Origin: Candidatus Micrarchaeota archaeon
Lineage (GTDB): Archaea; Micrarchaeota; Micrarchaeia; Anstonellales; Bilamarchaeaceae
Reading direction: 5' to 3'
Length of the DNA: 47,274 nucleotides
Assembly (NCBI GenBank): GCA_040754495.1
Contig: JBFMCO010000042.1
Coordinates: 1 to 47,274, forward strand
Shown one piece after another: positions 38,701-46,720 of this stretch (positions are counted from its first letter, which is position 1; every line of letters begins with the position of its first letter). A model generated the notes under the pieces. It saw only the letters and a program-made list of their open reading frames with translations, did not search any database and was not told the DNA's origin. The position numbers were made by a program, and so were the translations under genes.

Positions 38701-41700
38701 CTTATGTAAGGGAAGGCCAGCAGAGGACGGCCCAGCACTGGAACAACCTGTTCGAATTCGTCACGGGCCGGCCTGCAAGGGGCGACCAGCCCGCGACCAT
38801 GGGCGAGGCAGGGAACCTCTCAACAATAGCGGGGATGACATTCAGATCATCTGACGGGAGGGAGCTGCCGGTAGGGCCCGGCTTCTACAAATTCGTGAAT
38901 GTGGACGGCAACATTGCTATTGCGATGGACCTCCTGCCCGGCATGTACATCAGCGACATGAGCCCGACCCAGATAAGGGAGTTCGTCAAGCCGGATACGT
39001 ATACTCAGATTCAGAAGATAGGAGAAACCCTCCAGGCTAAAGGTTACGGAATGCATGACTTCCAGTTCATCGTCATGTTCCCGCCCGAGTCCGCGATACC
39101 GGCCGGCCTCACGGGAGCCGCGCGCAGGCAGTTCATAGAGAACTGGCGCACGACAATAAACGGCAGGGAGGTGCGGGCTGGAGACGTGGTGCTCATGGAT
39201 GCCGGCGGGCTTTACCGCGCGGCAGACGAGCCTATGTCCACGTTCAGCCCCATAAGGGAGGCCGCAAGAGCCCGCAGCAGCGCCGACCATGTTCTCATAA
39301 ACGACGCACTCTCAAGGACCACAGCAGACGCGAGCGCGCCGCAAGCGGCAAGGGCGCAGGCTGACCTCCGCGTGATGGAATCGTTCATGCGGGAAGTCGA
39401 GACGATGGTCAGTCCGGATGCAAATATGGCCGAGGTCACGCGCCGCTACATGATAAAGAACAACCGCGCTGATGCCGCCGCGGCGAGACTGGAGAGGATA
39501 CGGGCGAGCGACCCGGCGCGGGCGAATGCAATCGAAGGGGCGTTCAGGCGCTTCGAAAAGGCGGCAGGGTTGCAGGAAGGAGCTATGCTGCCTGTGAAGA
39601 TGGGCGAGGCGGCAAAGCCGGCGGAGGCGAAGGTGCCGCCCGCCGCGAAACCGCAAGAATCACGGGAGGAGATAAGCGTATCCATATCGCTCTCAGAGAC
39701 GACCCCGGTAGCGAAGGTAGCCCCGGAAGCCGTTGTAGTAGATGAAAAAGCTGCAAGTCAAAATTACAAGAACGCGATAGACGAGCTGGCGCGGATGACG
39801 CCGGACGAGAGGAAAGCCAAGCTCGAAGAGATAAGGAGGACTGATTCCGAGCTGGCGACCTCCTACCAGTTCACGCTCCTCATGCCCGAGGGGATACGGG
39901 CGAGGATTGCGCAGGACTACAGCAGGGCCATGGCGGAAAGGGCGCGGATTGGAAGGGCGAGGGCGGCCAGGGCCGCAATGACGCCGGAACAGGTATCAAA
40001 GCAGGAGCGCGCGCTCATCCTCGGCTCAGAAGCCGAACGCGCGGCAGGGAGAATACCTCCGGCCGTGGAAGCGATGGCGAAGGCGCGCGGCCAGAAGCCG
40101 GCGGATTTCCAGCAGGATTTGGCGAATGACCACGGCATTGGCGGCATAACGGCCACGCTCGACCGCATGGTCCCGCTGGACAGGATAAAGGTGCCGAAGG
40201 ACACTGCCCGCCCCGAGGTTGCAGAGGGCCATTACCGGCAGATTGCGGACCTGCTCCTTCGCGGGAATCTCGAGGGCCACATCGGCGCGCTAGAAGGATT
40301 CGGGGGGGCGAGGATAACCGGCATCACGCATGCCAGCGGCCTGAGCGGCCTCTATATAATAGAGGCGCAGACGCCGGGCGGGGCGAAAAGGAGGGTCCTC
40401 GTGAAAGTGGAGGACCAGTCCCCCTCGGTCCTCGGAGTGAACATTGCCAGGGCCAACGGGCTCGTGACCTCTGATATCCGCGCCGGCTTTTCATATGACA
40501 CCGGAGTCATCGACCCTGCCACGAAAAGGCCGGTCATGCAGGAATTCGGCATCCTCTCGGACATACACGATTTCGCGCTCGGCAACGAGACCTCGATAAC
40601 GCTTGCCGACGGGAGGAGCGTGAAGGCGAACGAGGGGCAGATGGTCAGGGCGAGGATGCCGGACGGCAAGGCGGAAGACGTCCGCGTGATGGGCGTCGCA
40701 ATGATGTTCGACGAGGTGCTCGTGAATCCCGGCGCCGCTGTATCGGACCCGAAGAAAGCGGCAGCTGTCCAGGAGTTCTACAGGCTGCTCTCTACTTCAG
40801 AAGGAAGGCAAAGGTTGTTCGCGGCATGGAACGCGTACCATGAGATGTCGAGGAGGTCGCTGCTCATGGACCGCTTCTCGAGGAACACTGCGGTCATGCT
40901 CGTTGACCGCGGAGCGCAGCACCCGGCGAGCGAGAGATACCAGATACTTTTCCAGCCTATAGACATGGACGGCGTGGGCCACCGGGTAGGTGCGAAGCTG
41001 GATGGCACGCCACGGTTCGACAACTTCAACGGAGACTTCGCGAAGGCCACGGCCGACCTCATGACCAAGCTCGTGCGGTTCTCTGCCGCCAACATGATGG
41101 CGGAGGTGGAGGGGGCGCCCGGCGTGAAAAGGCCGCTTTATGAAGGCGGGCCCCTCACGATGGAGACGTTATACGCAGATTACCTCAGTGACAGGGCTTC
41201 CGGCGGAAGCCGCATGGCTCCTGAAACCCCTGCTGCCAGGAAGGCGGTCGCTGATAATATATTAGCGCCTCATGACGGAAAGCCGTTCGGCCTCGGTTTC
41301 GACACCTCGAAACCTGACAAGCCAAAGCTCGGGAGCATCATGGAGTCCGGGGGGAGGCCTAGGATAATAGAAAGGGGGGACGGCCGGGCGAGGATGGACG
41401 CAGGCGAGATGGTAACCATTTATGAGGCGGCGGCCAAGGGCCAGGCTGAGTTCGCGGGGCGCGACGCTGCCCGCATCGCAGACATCGCTTCCATCGAGGC
41501 AGCGAAGAAGAAGCCCGGCTTAAAGAGGGAGGAACTACGCGCGCTCGATGCGCGCCTCGCCCAGCACGGGGCGAACGAGCTGGAGCTTAAGCTCGCCGGG
41601 CGCCTCGCAGCGAACCCTGAGTTCGGCGGGGCGGATTTGCAGAAGCGCGTGCGCATAGCGCAGGACGAGCTTGCAAAGCTGAAGGCTCCGGCCAAACCGC

Positions 41701-44700
41701 CGCCTCTTCCGGCCGCCGCGAAGAAGGCAGCCGAGACACGGGCCCTTTCACCAGCGGAATACAAGAAGGCAGCTGACGAGGCAAAACTGGCCCCCAACCT
41801 GCGTGGATTCCTTGACGAGCATTATGCCGGCGGTGCCAAGGATGCTGGTGTAGTGGAGAATTCCATCAGGATATTCGGTAACAGGGACGGGGAGAGGTCC
41901 GGGATAATCGGTGATTTCTACGGGCTCATGGGTGCCGAATCCATGGGAGGGAACGCCGGGAAGGACCGCATCGCGATTGGCACGGCCTTCGACCCCGTAT
42001 CTGGAAAAATTACTGCGTTCTCGAACGACCCCAAGGACTGGGGAGGGACTGACCGCATTTACCTGCATATTAACATGGTGACTGGAAGGATAGAAAGCGT
42101 CATGCGCCAGTCCGGCATGAACGTAGTTGAACTCACCGGCCCGCCGCAGATAACAGGGCTAAAGGGGCTCAGGGTATTTGAGCCAAGGGGAGGGGATGTT
42201 GCCAAGCGGCTTGCCGAGGCCAGGGCGCAGGCCAAAGCGGAACAGGAGGCTAAAGTGCCGCCAGCGCCTGCTCTCGGCTCCGCAGACCAGCTCGCAAAGT
42301 TTGCAGGAAGGCTCGGAGCGCAGGACACCGAGGCCCGGGCGCAGCTTGAGCGGCTCCCGGCAGCGGTGAAGGAGCTTGTGCAGAAGTTCAGGCAGGAGCA
42401 CGAGGCCGCAAAAGGGAATGCGGCCAGGCAGACGGAGCTTGCCGAACGGTACTCAGCGGACATCCTGCACGAGGGCGAGAAATCCAGGATTGGAAAGCTC
42501 TACGAGCTTTCATTGAAAGGGGAGGCACCAAAAGACCAGCTTGATGCAAGGACACTCGAGGCCCTGAAGGACGGCGTCGCGGCAGGCCGGCCCGTGGCCA
42601 TCGCTCTCGATAACGCGCTTGAGATGAGGGCGCAGGCAAAGGCCTACGCCGAGATGTCAGGAGCCTCCAAGCCGCTGCCCGGGGGATGGGCAGACGCTTC
42701 TATGGTGAAGCTCGTACGGAATGCGATGGCTGCGAGGAAGAAGGATGCGCCCGAGGTAGTCGCGCTCGACGTGCTGCGCTCGGTGAACGCGCTTGCGGAC
42801 GCTGCCGGGAGCGGGAAAGAGATTGATTCGAAAGCTGCACGGGCGCTCGGCTACAGGAGCGTTGCGGAGGCCAACGCAGCGGTCGAACTTGCGCGCTCGT
42901 GGGCGAAGATGGGGGGTACGCCCGGCAGGGAGGAGCTCGCGACCGCGGCGCTCGCGGTCCGGAGCATGGAGGCGCAGACGCCGCTGATAAAATTTGCTGA
43001 CACGACCGGGTACTCGAGGGCCGAGGTTCCCGGCGACCCGCCTCCATTCGTGGGCGTCAAGATGAGATGGGGCGAAGTGGATTTCACGGTGATGGTGTTC
43101 AAGGACCGGGTTGTCGTGGAATCGGTGTATCCCGAAAGCATAATAGGGCAGAAGGCATGGCCGAACGACAAGGCACAGGTGGCGGCCATGAGGTATCTGC
43201 AGGAGAGGTTCAGGGGTGCCCTCACGAAAGGCCTCGAGCCGGCCATGCGCGCAATCCCGCAGGCAGGCGCCGGCATTGACGCATGGCGGCCGGCCTTCAA
43301 GGCTGTCGAGAAGGCGGCAGTGGATCTGACGAAGGCGCCGCCCCCGCTCCCCGCGAAGGCGATGACGCCACTGGATGTAGTGGGCGTTTTCAGGACTATG
43401 GATTATACTTCAGCGCCGGCGGCTGCGGAGGCCTTCCGCTCGATGAACGCTGGCGACCGGCAGAAAGTTGTAAGCGGCCTGCGTGAGCTGGCCAGGCCGG
43501 GTGAGAGGAGGATTGTGGAGCTTATTGCGGAAGCGGGAAAACTGGAGGTCCGCGCAGGGGAGCTCGAGCAGGCCGGGAAGAGCGCAGAGGCCGGGGCGGC
43601 GCGCTCGCAGGCGAAGACAATGCGCGAAAGCGCGGAATTCACCCGGAAGAACATTGCAAAGTGGCACGAGCGGGCAGGGTACTTCAGCGAACTCGATGCC
43701 ATAGCTGGCGCCGCAGGGGACCACATCGCGTCCAGATACGGCGTAAAGCGCGAGCGGCTCGAGGCCGCATATGCAGGCGCGCTGACTTCTGCCGAGGGCA
43801 GGAAGGCGGTCTTCGACCTGCTCGGAATCAAGCTCGATGCCCTGCCGGATGCCGAGATAAGGCATGACTTATACAAGGGATTCGACACGCTTGCGGACGA
43901 CCCCTATCTTAACGGTATGGTGTTCACCGGGAACCTGTTCAGGGAGCTGGAAGCGGCCATTCCGGGAGGCAAGGTGAAATCCATAAAATTCCAGAACGGC
44001 CTCGTGGGCGCCTACCAGCTCACGGTCGAGGCCCCTAACGGGCAGCGCTCCCGCATCTTCGCCAAGCGCCAGGACCTGAACCCTGACCGCACCGGCAGCC
44101 ATGGCTCGGCGCTCCTCGGCCTCATCTCGCCGCATGTAATCGTGAAGAGCGGCGATAAGGCAGACGGCGCGCCGCTGTCGTTCATCTCTCCGGACGGAGT
44201 GAGTACCGGCTATGGCATCATGCGCGACATCCGCGATTTCAGCGGGAAGGTGCTGATTGGCGGCAGGGAAGTGGGCCTGAGAGTATTGTCGGCTGAAAGC
44301 TATTTCGACATCCCCCTCCCGGCAAAGAGCGCAGAGGGGAAGGCCGCGCGCGATATCCACATGCGCGACCTGATGCAGGACCCAACCGGCATGATGGAGG
44401 AGCTCGGGCACTTCCACACCGGGGCCGCAATCGGCGGATACTACGACAGGCATGAGCTGAACGCCTGGAGGGCCGTCGCGAAGATTGAGGAGGCGCCGGC
44501 GAAGGCGAGAGAGACGGCGGAGTTCCTGAGGAGCCGCGGCTTCAAGGTGTCGCAGGAGCAGGATGGCACATATACGGTGAGGGGGCCGGCGCAGATAGAC
44601 ATAGATACGTTCGGCTCGTATCGAGCCATCGTGGGCGGCTGGAAGGTCATCGAAGGCACGGTCACTCCGGCGCGGGCCAGCGAGCTCGAGGGGCAGGGAT

Positions 44701-46709
44701 TCATAATCCGGCAAAATGGCGACGGCACGTACAGCTGGTTCGAAGCGGGCGGCGGCAACGAGGTCACCTTCAAGCCGATGGTAGGGCAGTTCGTGTCAGA
44801 CCTGCACCGGTTCTTCGCGCGCTTCGCATACGCGATGAACGAGGCGGAGGTGCGCAATGCCAGGGGGCAGGGAAGGCCGCCGAAGCTGATGGCAGTCGAG
44901 GACGTCGTCAGGATGGCCTTCGGCGAGAACATGGACGGCCCCTTCATCAAGGGCATGCAGAGAAGGCTGCGCGAGATGGACCCGAACACGCCGCAGGGCA
45001 GGGAATTCGTGCGGCGGATGCAGCAGGACGTAATGAAGCCTTTCGACGGCAAGCCGAGCGGCATGGGAAGCCCCCTGACAGGAAGGCTGGGGCACGACTT
45101 CGAGAGCAACGGCATCGCGTGGGCCGGCGGCGCGTTCAACGGCGAGCTCAACACGCCGATAACGAACAAGGATGGCAGGGCCACGTTCAGGATGCGCTAT
45201 GAGATTTCAGCCAATCCGACCGTATCCGAGGCCGCCGGGAAGAGAATGGCAGCGGCCCTTCCGGACAACGTGGAGGTCAGGCTCGTCCGGCTGGACAACC
45301 TCCCGAGGGCGGTCAGGAAGCAGGTTGTCGAGGCAGTGCAGGGAGCAGAGCCCCAGGCGCAGGAGTTCAAGACGGCGGCGATTGGAGGACGGCAGTACCT
45401 CGTTGTCCGCAGCATTGACAGCGTACCCGATAGCATCGGCGGCATACCGCTCCGCGACAACAGCATGAGCGTCATGCGCTCCGGCGACAGGGTATATACA
45501 TATGACCAGAAGGCGCTCGCCGAGGCGCTTCCGCAGGGGAAGGATGCGTACGTAGTCCCTGCCCAAGGCCTCGGTCGCCAACAGATGCGCAGCCTCTCAA
45601 AAAGCGGCAGGGTCCTCGAGCTCGGGCTGACCGGAGAAAACAGGTATGTCATATTCGACAACCTGGACAAGGTTCCAAAGGCCCTGCGGGAGAAGGCGGT
45701 TCAGGTGACGCGGGACCAGAATGCCCTGAGGGGCGATGTTGGGATGGGGAAGAAGCTCGGCATCAACTACTCGGAACTTGGGGCCGGGCGCATGCTTGAG
45801 GAAATCCTGAAGATGGACGAAGGCGAATGGAAGGGCATATGGCGCGGCGTCAGGGACGGGATAGTCGAGGAGGAGGGAAGGCAGTGGGCCCTTGTCTTCA
45901 AGCCCGAGGCCGGCAAAACTGCAGAGCCCCGCGCTGATTTCCTTGCCGGGAGGGTCCCGGGTAACTTCAACGACCAGCAGCAGAAGAACATGCTGCCGGA
46001 GAGGTATGGAGGCCTGCCGAAGAAGACCGAACCCCCCGCCCCACCGCCCGCACCTGGCCCCGCAGCGGGCCCGGCAAGGAAGGAGCCACCGCCAATGCCT
46101 CAGTTCGGGCCTGGCGGTACGAAGATAATCGGTGGCGCTCCGCAGAAGCCCGCCCCGCCCGCTGCGGGGCCGCAGAAAATTGCGCCCGCCGACACGGCAG
46201 CCGTGCGCCCTGCTGTGCCGCCCGGGAGGAAGACGGAACCAGTGCCGGAGCCGCAGGGTGTTAAAGAGCCTCCGCCCCAGCTCGGGCCGGGCGGAACCAA
46301 GCTGATTGGCGGAGCGCAGCCGGCCGAGCAGGCGAAGGTCATCAAGCCCGCGCCGAAGCCGGTTGATGAGGCTGTGAGGGCGAAGCTGCTCGAGCAGAAC
46401 AAGGCCGCGCAGAGGCTGGCCGAGACCCCGGCAGAGTTGCTCCAGCTTCTTCAGAAGGTCGCGGCAGGCGAGAGAGGCGCTCTCGATGCGCTCGGGGACC
46501 ACCCGGCCGCCGCTGTGATAAAGGATTTCGCGGAGAGGAGGAACGTGAAACGGGCGGCAGGCCTGAATTCGAAAAAGGAATGGGATGCAATCGCGAGCAG
46601 GGACATCCCGATACTTGCAAGGAGGCTGAGGGACGAGACCGTGAGGATAGTGAAGGGGATATCATCGGCCCAGAAGCCCCCCGAGAGGACGCCGCCCGGA
46701 GAGCAATAA
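26751..46709 (+). CDS. giant protein G2 (6652 aa): helical scaffold, hydrophobic translocation-like region, GGDEF-like palm domains, three kinase-fold domains
   Basis: Uninterrupted 20-kb ORF with a TTG start. Hydrophobic segments 33789-34380; palm-like motifs 36675-38213. Kinase motifs: VAVK/HDFQF/DAG (38676-39206), VLVK/DRFSRN/IDMD (40395-40970), IFAK/DRHELN/IDID (44055-44606). Confidence 0.92.
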   Translation: MGPPAQKETPQAGAAEALRTDAAALQPRLPSPFQAGQPSQVDLNRGAEQIRKTSGFLKNTSLGLSRALPPATTGDIKELENRGNAAFGGHPEARTFLQKLAGYREQADAASREGRYDAESMGKAQRLGSALNAILDANNRTGSAAQQAAERGDETSRHAATEMKIRLPRLFRILSGETPESIERAHAAADVTIHAVENRDIYRHEGNKGLLSRVLQVQERLTNDQVQMSHDDIQRDMNEVSGNFYTAAVRALGPAGGAAAAMMAQVQSMMAFQTVRDMMRGEADKLEKQLKELLKVLGDPEKTDEEKKKALAEAEEAVQKFVLKALDALLKEIGAPPELASAIGKAAKFIGTARAGMLLQAGMMYVRYKEAFDEKKELLDKLVQNVKQLADEKFKPAAEKMKEIVGALQDIHREAAQLHQKIMQARMRMAAALGQALGELRKMAEKEASRPLREAMEKLGESLRDMLRRLQNPKTAKEVDGNKFKNALETFGWLKAMTNQLGKMPSDKPEQKKDKENAAQLVANAVKSSIRDARSEMSRMLQFVAGDYLKTADTAYKAALFSLGNALNEGKKTLDEAKKEVAGRLLQEGNALLSGLAKLGDARLIELVKGLLPGKEKPEQETMESIFKARQAIDMGSFALKEVAGQKAEHVKTTALGFVKGALGLLGKGNFADASALYATAQQYISSPETRNEIDKKLTGLRKAVQEFEKSPAAMRNTIDIGGALKESLRKLHLDAKSLGERLSSGELVSPEEVAAVEKRFKFAEQAIASLRAGAEGAVRKAAGEIFARGLDALASGNPAVAALHRFLGAECMKGNAAYRKQLEQWSAGVASGEMKMEDAVKQAASRLAGELGKIPAWKSLTESGITDSIKALIQRGSAPDATLADCENMRSALDLAGEYRAGIRKATDKAGLAKVFARAFAGLARGLSPEYVDAQAKLARSYMDPPASAFVKAEARRAQIEAVSARMEDVGLLNAVHGLFTREPPLDEATVKKGLEALFGTGPEGAAMAARYLQRYKELGPDAEAKGKAMAELAKVPNTYVKLLGAAQEMAKKRKETERQLDTLSFQYTRGITRMDKALAALAKGEKPADADLKAAEAARAVLLGSADDIAALFAASEEDLPRLRTQFAGVLNVGDAVKGRRDTREQILGIAASALEAIKDGDYDKVAAFVMGYSAYSKAQSEDDRGRILGVTEGLSAEAKKKYTPDQARWMLRLQFDRATALDKTRDAGAKKNLQAYFDMSLVLFERRDLAGAEMARMLAADYATASRMEKSDPTAKAAIELAHRILGDHRKDKGLDRRRVQDATRPEDDKRRWEPKSLDGIAGKALVSNTTLEEQLKAAEAGEKDKGTVLGEVLSLPAGQRMQALGIRMGGLSADLGKLEFERGNREVVPSGAAARRKIEAVYKTENAWHSARAAAAEKSGDATEAERQREEAGAVDPKWMESQLQRAAAIYGKGLALLKEAGGLRMRALTEEPGQAKKTNAEAAELSKRGLQIIQFAEAAQKSLKTHDESVRKIRHDNRDEGRWRLRDAAESFLKVGEEMAEAKSEKPDGRQTALLGSGARAMGKGMQEVETQKRLWETHLTNQSKIQQERKKAKANDNAYGNERVVKDQQSGVERKEPLKMSRDVTYKGKTYKKGTAVVDTEQRLKDLNYAEGASRKLRFRGAAHFLSKAQSGILLDQRRAATELNYQELLPGATAEEQKSGDFKPVEWPVTDASGNPTGKTKTVGFNYNDLMGTLLEANDTLSAGRVGEANRAMAGYEGRLNFAYQTQKKLNDIHRDERAMAELTRLAEDARKWGDMSPEDRADLKKRLDALAAKGIITSLGEKPYREVIEEEIKKRNDALKAQGKPPNFTAADYRKETDKALAYLEKKRQAGTLTKDEAASLDGIKKLRNVAEEMEKDPVGLAQRQQVADAIRRTGGPEALAKAGEALRGDVSKDKDKATAQLQDLVNNGPVSKVLGPQDVTQFLNAVFMARGWDPKYYSNLVQQGKAGQAWQEFMQKHPEAAIKAIEYMRDNGQLGADKNEAARIAAFTITDIQGGQIAKRTEGYARGHAIAMGTLTLSLETASAVDTQERMSGVGGGNGSWYIGLRGDAASILQFGLAACGSPETIADSIAKGEEIRLSGLQIKLREGGGITEPSEAWLRAGENQVNASGFLQERLGNFLNQIQKFSVGSPMSTSDIYARMEKMDPKDPPRFTHDSADNLASMITRGIFASGGLAYDKQTGDYVKTAFSMDEQEANRKLLYGDTATQKGGYFELMQRFFNVGFSFQSTWSYGYRKDLFNNIGTQAAKVNEKLDTIAQNRIYGAGTSKAELDTLVSDVMKSRDSNISAYDENVKSAKTWESVGRAVSGIGKLALAGVLIASGYGSAVGVGFGVEALHDLAENSRKAGGYQYLSPEHAAMGWAAVALSFGGAVLGEATAIANETIQITRAGTQQVITGTQMAVRGGQMTVTEANAIVNAAMSGTRVSWLTSTFATGGRTSTVLGYGMMGAGIGMAGYGMREAWHAYQMGESSLFEFIVSGPVGLAQAGVPVLGAKMLPTSRLIPNLWVSESFGAKFFRGSMLFLTGETKSAVDAAHFSGIRDQSFHEFRALPPEHRNAILAMERGMSRMMSPEEQLTAMRMLPLERKANGELVLGKAGEGIQTGPFDAAAQSGFIGQALARLEAAPRIEALNQAYAEFKATGKIDAERARQLGLGAGDLALFAKDGPLAGAKNAEEAAAMMSNLAISQTRMRQMDKAAADAPQGANAQSQERAKQLALGFRRFLRNQLDEATAKSLGIEKPQVDLFQRLSKMAPEDISSGIARQAEGETVQKTRMDTMREKADAARAVGVHREMAGSFSVEHVPGVGFYKKFGGRNYSDEHAGAAADVGAAAQALYTRSKKQPITRDAAAAELARLGEAGAKVPDAKIDATLKLLADARFLKAVDGGDKAGALQRALDISYDMPGLSVSKDAAAARVAPEAQSYIQNANYPLSGITRKGGEQAKRGQGLRAQAKENQARADALPSGHADKSRLEALARKQGLEADAHEANASALTLELTRRATALEKDAGNEARTEAKARRLDEQAVVARTDQVMEAMKLHLAGKLTEKEATRLGFPSLEEARSVLTEIDSNPATAAKKMAKFAAEDVQALAQQQRMKLAAGAERQAADAAFAPAPSKAAPAPRPGERAAEGVPAAKARLPARARTVPAETQQVIGNIIARFGEAGFALSREQKGDLARNVLRLRSGQLTLGEFWRRINEMMPPSALPESLRMQRPFPSFPEMGLTIQSPEALNFFVKITAEALPAAFKPDVAGGLPADASIQMGFVSLDLRRQNLLNAIASNPQLRVVGDINIYEYFTKVVRDVAPAVNPKLRAQGIDATVTSAAFGTSSDEAGFLIVARTAGDRERARAILGDTLSNNFKFEGSILDQMTKGSAMRPYIEEVFQTKGRVGSGAAFVELGAKDMAAIAKDPAGFIDRMRRISDARIGEGDWVRTQKGAPTDADLPATAMHFMSGKALGSDYMARNEKLKAEFTGKLEGINREIFGPGNEKVKAGDSVVVVTGELAVDRTSAAYANLRTLASKKGKMYGTVEEGRVGLSVSNMPSQASGDEFLFIHRAAAGYARDKFAKAHGIDPANIDVVQTGNGPDFYFRVKGKKLSSQEASELLGYYREGGKQHTAEGFDVSARGTLLTGDNITMDNFRNGIRYIKDGISHGDLRAPREGGLVEFNSIPKDYTTRDMRLNRAGQIMGMFFSSERLMAADSPMAAKLAEVAGKEFVETFRKFLEEGHITARTWEDVRSILENGIEVVRDGKRTTLDFPQGKEIARRLSGDDFLGWVGGRYKDVDVNDALAVIKTRREAEGKAPPVPKPSEKAAPGPQAREREAGIQRLMSERGMNRDQATKFVNDEAARPNAVPLRPEEHLGEEGFGGMPVDYQKRTITLPDGSTTTLAEAPRARLLRRIDNTEDSVGSTAGVWEAEIMVNGQPRRVAVKVFKDPYVREGQQRTAQHWNNLFEFVTGRPARGDQPATMGEAGNLSTIAGMTFRSSDGRELPVGPGFYKFVNVDGNIAIAMDLLPGMYISDMSPTQIREFVKPDTYTQIQKIGETLQAKGYGMHDFQFIVMFPPESAIPAGLTGAARRQFIENWRTTINGREVRAGDVVLMDAGGLYRAADEPMSTFSPIREAARARSSADHVLINDALSRTTADASAPQAARAQADLRVMESFMREVETMVSPDANMAEVTRRYMIKNNRADAAAARLERIRASDPARANAIEGAFRRFEKAAGLQEGAMLPVKMGEAAKPAEAKVPPAAKPQESREEISVSISLSETTPVAKVAPEAVVVDEKAASQNYKNAIDELARMTPDERKAKLEEIRRTDSELATSYQFTLLMPEGIRARIAQDYSRAMAERARIGRARAARAAMTPEQVSKQERALILGSEAERAAGRIPPAVEAMAKARGQKPADFQQDLANDHGIGGITATLDRMVPLDRIKVPKDTARPEVAEGHYRQIADLLLRGNLEGHIGALEGFGGARITGITHASGLSGLYIIEAQTPGGAKRRVLVKVEDQSPSVLGVNIARANGLVTSDIRAGFSYDTGVIDPATKRPVMQEFGILSDIHDFALGNETSITLADGRSVKANEGQMVRARMPDGKAEDVRVMGVAMMFDEVLVNPGAAVSDPKKAAAVQEFYRLLSTSEGRQRLFAAWNAYHEMSRRSLLMDRFSRNTAVMLVDRGAQHPASERYQILFQPIDMDGVGHRVGAKLDGTPRFDNFNGDFAKATADLMTKLVRFSAANMMAEVEGAPGVKRPLYEGGPLTMETLYADYLSDRASGGSRMAPETPAARKAVADNILAPHDGKPFGLGFDTSKPDKPKLGSIMESGGRPRIIERGDGRARMDAGEMVTIYEAAAKGQAEFAGRDAARIADIASIEAAKKKPGLKREELRALDARLAQHGANELELKLAGRLAANPEFGGADLQKRVRIAQDELAKLKAPAKPPPLPAAAKKAAETRALSPAEYKKAADEAKLAPNLRGFLDEHYAGGAKDAGVVENSIRIFGNRDGERSGIIGDFYGLMGAESMGGNAGKDRIAIGTAFDPVSGKITAFSNDPKDWGGTDRIYLHINMVTGRIESVMRQSGMNVVELTGPPQITGLKGLRVFEPRGGDVAKRLAEARAQAKAEQEAKVPPAPALGSADQLAKFAGRLGAQDTEARAQLERLPAAVKELVQKFRQEHEAAKGNAARQTELAERYSADILHEGEKSRIGKLYELSLKGEAPKDQLDARTLEALKDGVAAGRPVAIALDNALEMRAQAKAYAEMSGASKPLPGGWADASMVKLVRNAMAARKKDAPEVVALDVLRSVNALADAAGSGKEIDSKAARALGYRSVAEANAAVELARSWAKMGGTPGREELATAALAVRSMEAQTPLIKFADTTGYSRAEVPGDPPPFVGVKMRWGEVDFTVMVFKDRVVVESVYPESIIGQKAWPNDKAQVAAMRYLQERFRGALTKGLEPAMRAIPQAGAGIDAWRPAFKAVEKAAVDLTKAPPPLPAKAMTPLDVVGVFRTMDYTSAPAAAEAFRSMNAGDRQKVVSGLRELARPGERRIVELIAEAGKLEVRAGELEQAGKSAEAGAARSQAKTMRESAEFTRKNIAKWHERAGYFSELDAIAGAAGDHIASRYGVKRERLEAAYAGALTSAEGRKAVFDLLGIKLDALPDAEIRHDLYKGFDTLADDPYLNGMVFTGNLFRELEAAIPGGKVKSIKFQNGLVGAYQLTVEAPNGQRSRIFAKRQDLNPDRTGSHGSALLGLISPHVIVKSGDKADGAPLSFISPDGVSTGYGIMRDIRDFSGKVLIGGREVGLRVLSAESYFDIPLPAKSAEGKAARDIHMRDLMQDPTGMMEELGHFHTGAAIGGYYDRHELNAWRAVAKIEEAPAKARETAEFLRSRGFKVSQEQDGTYTVRGPAQIDIDTFGSYRAIVGGWKVIEGTVTPARASELEGQGFIIRQNGDGTYSWFEAGGGNEVTFKPMVGQFVSDLHRFFARFAYAMNEAEVRNARGQGRPPKLMAVEDVVRMAFGENMDGPFIKGMQRRLREMDPNTPQGREFVRRMQQDVMKPFDGKPSGMGSPLTGRLGHDFESNGIAWAGGAFNGELNTPITNKDGRATFRMRYEISANPTVSEAAGKRMAAALPDNVEVRLVRLDNLPRAVRKQVVEAVQGAEPQAQEFKTAAIGGRQYLVVRSIDSVPDSIGGIPLRDNSMSVMRSGDRVYTYDQKALAEALPQGKDAYVVPAQGLGRQQMRSLSKSGRVLELGLTGENRYVIFDNLDKVPKALREKAVQVTRDQNALRGDVGMGKKLGINYSELGAGRMLEEILKMDEGEWKGIWRGVRDGIVEEEGRQWALVFKPEAGKTAEPRADFLAGRVPGNFNDQQQKNMLPERYGGLPKKTEPPAPPPAPGPAAGPARKEPPPMPQFGPGGTKIIGGAPQKPAPPAAGPQKIAPADTAAVRPAVPPGRKTEPVPEPQGVKEPPPQLGPGGTKLIGGAQPAEQAKVIKPAPKPVDEAVRAKLLEQNKAAQRLAETPAELLQLLQKVAAGERGALDALGDHPAAAVIKDFAERRNVKRAAGLNSKKEWDAIASRDIPILARRLRDETVRIVKGISSAQKPPERTPPGEQ
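38374..39595 (+). repeat. second copy of the kinase-1 module (first copy at 12233-13465)
   Basis: Begins with the same RLMSERGMNRDQAT and ends AIEGAFRRFE..AGL.EG.MLP. Contains the 56-bp and 74-bp identical tracts. Confidence 0.95.
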
Positions 46710-46720
46710 AGGGCACGGGC

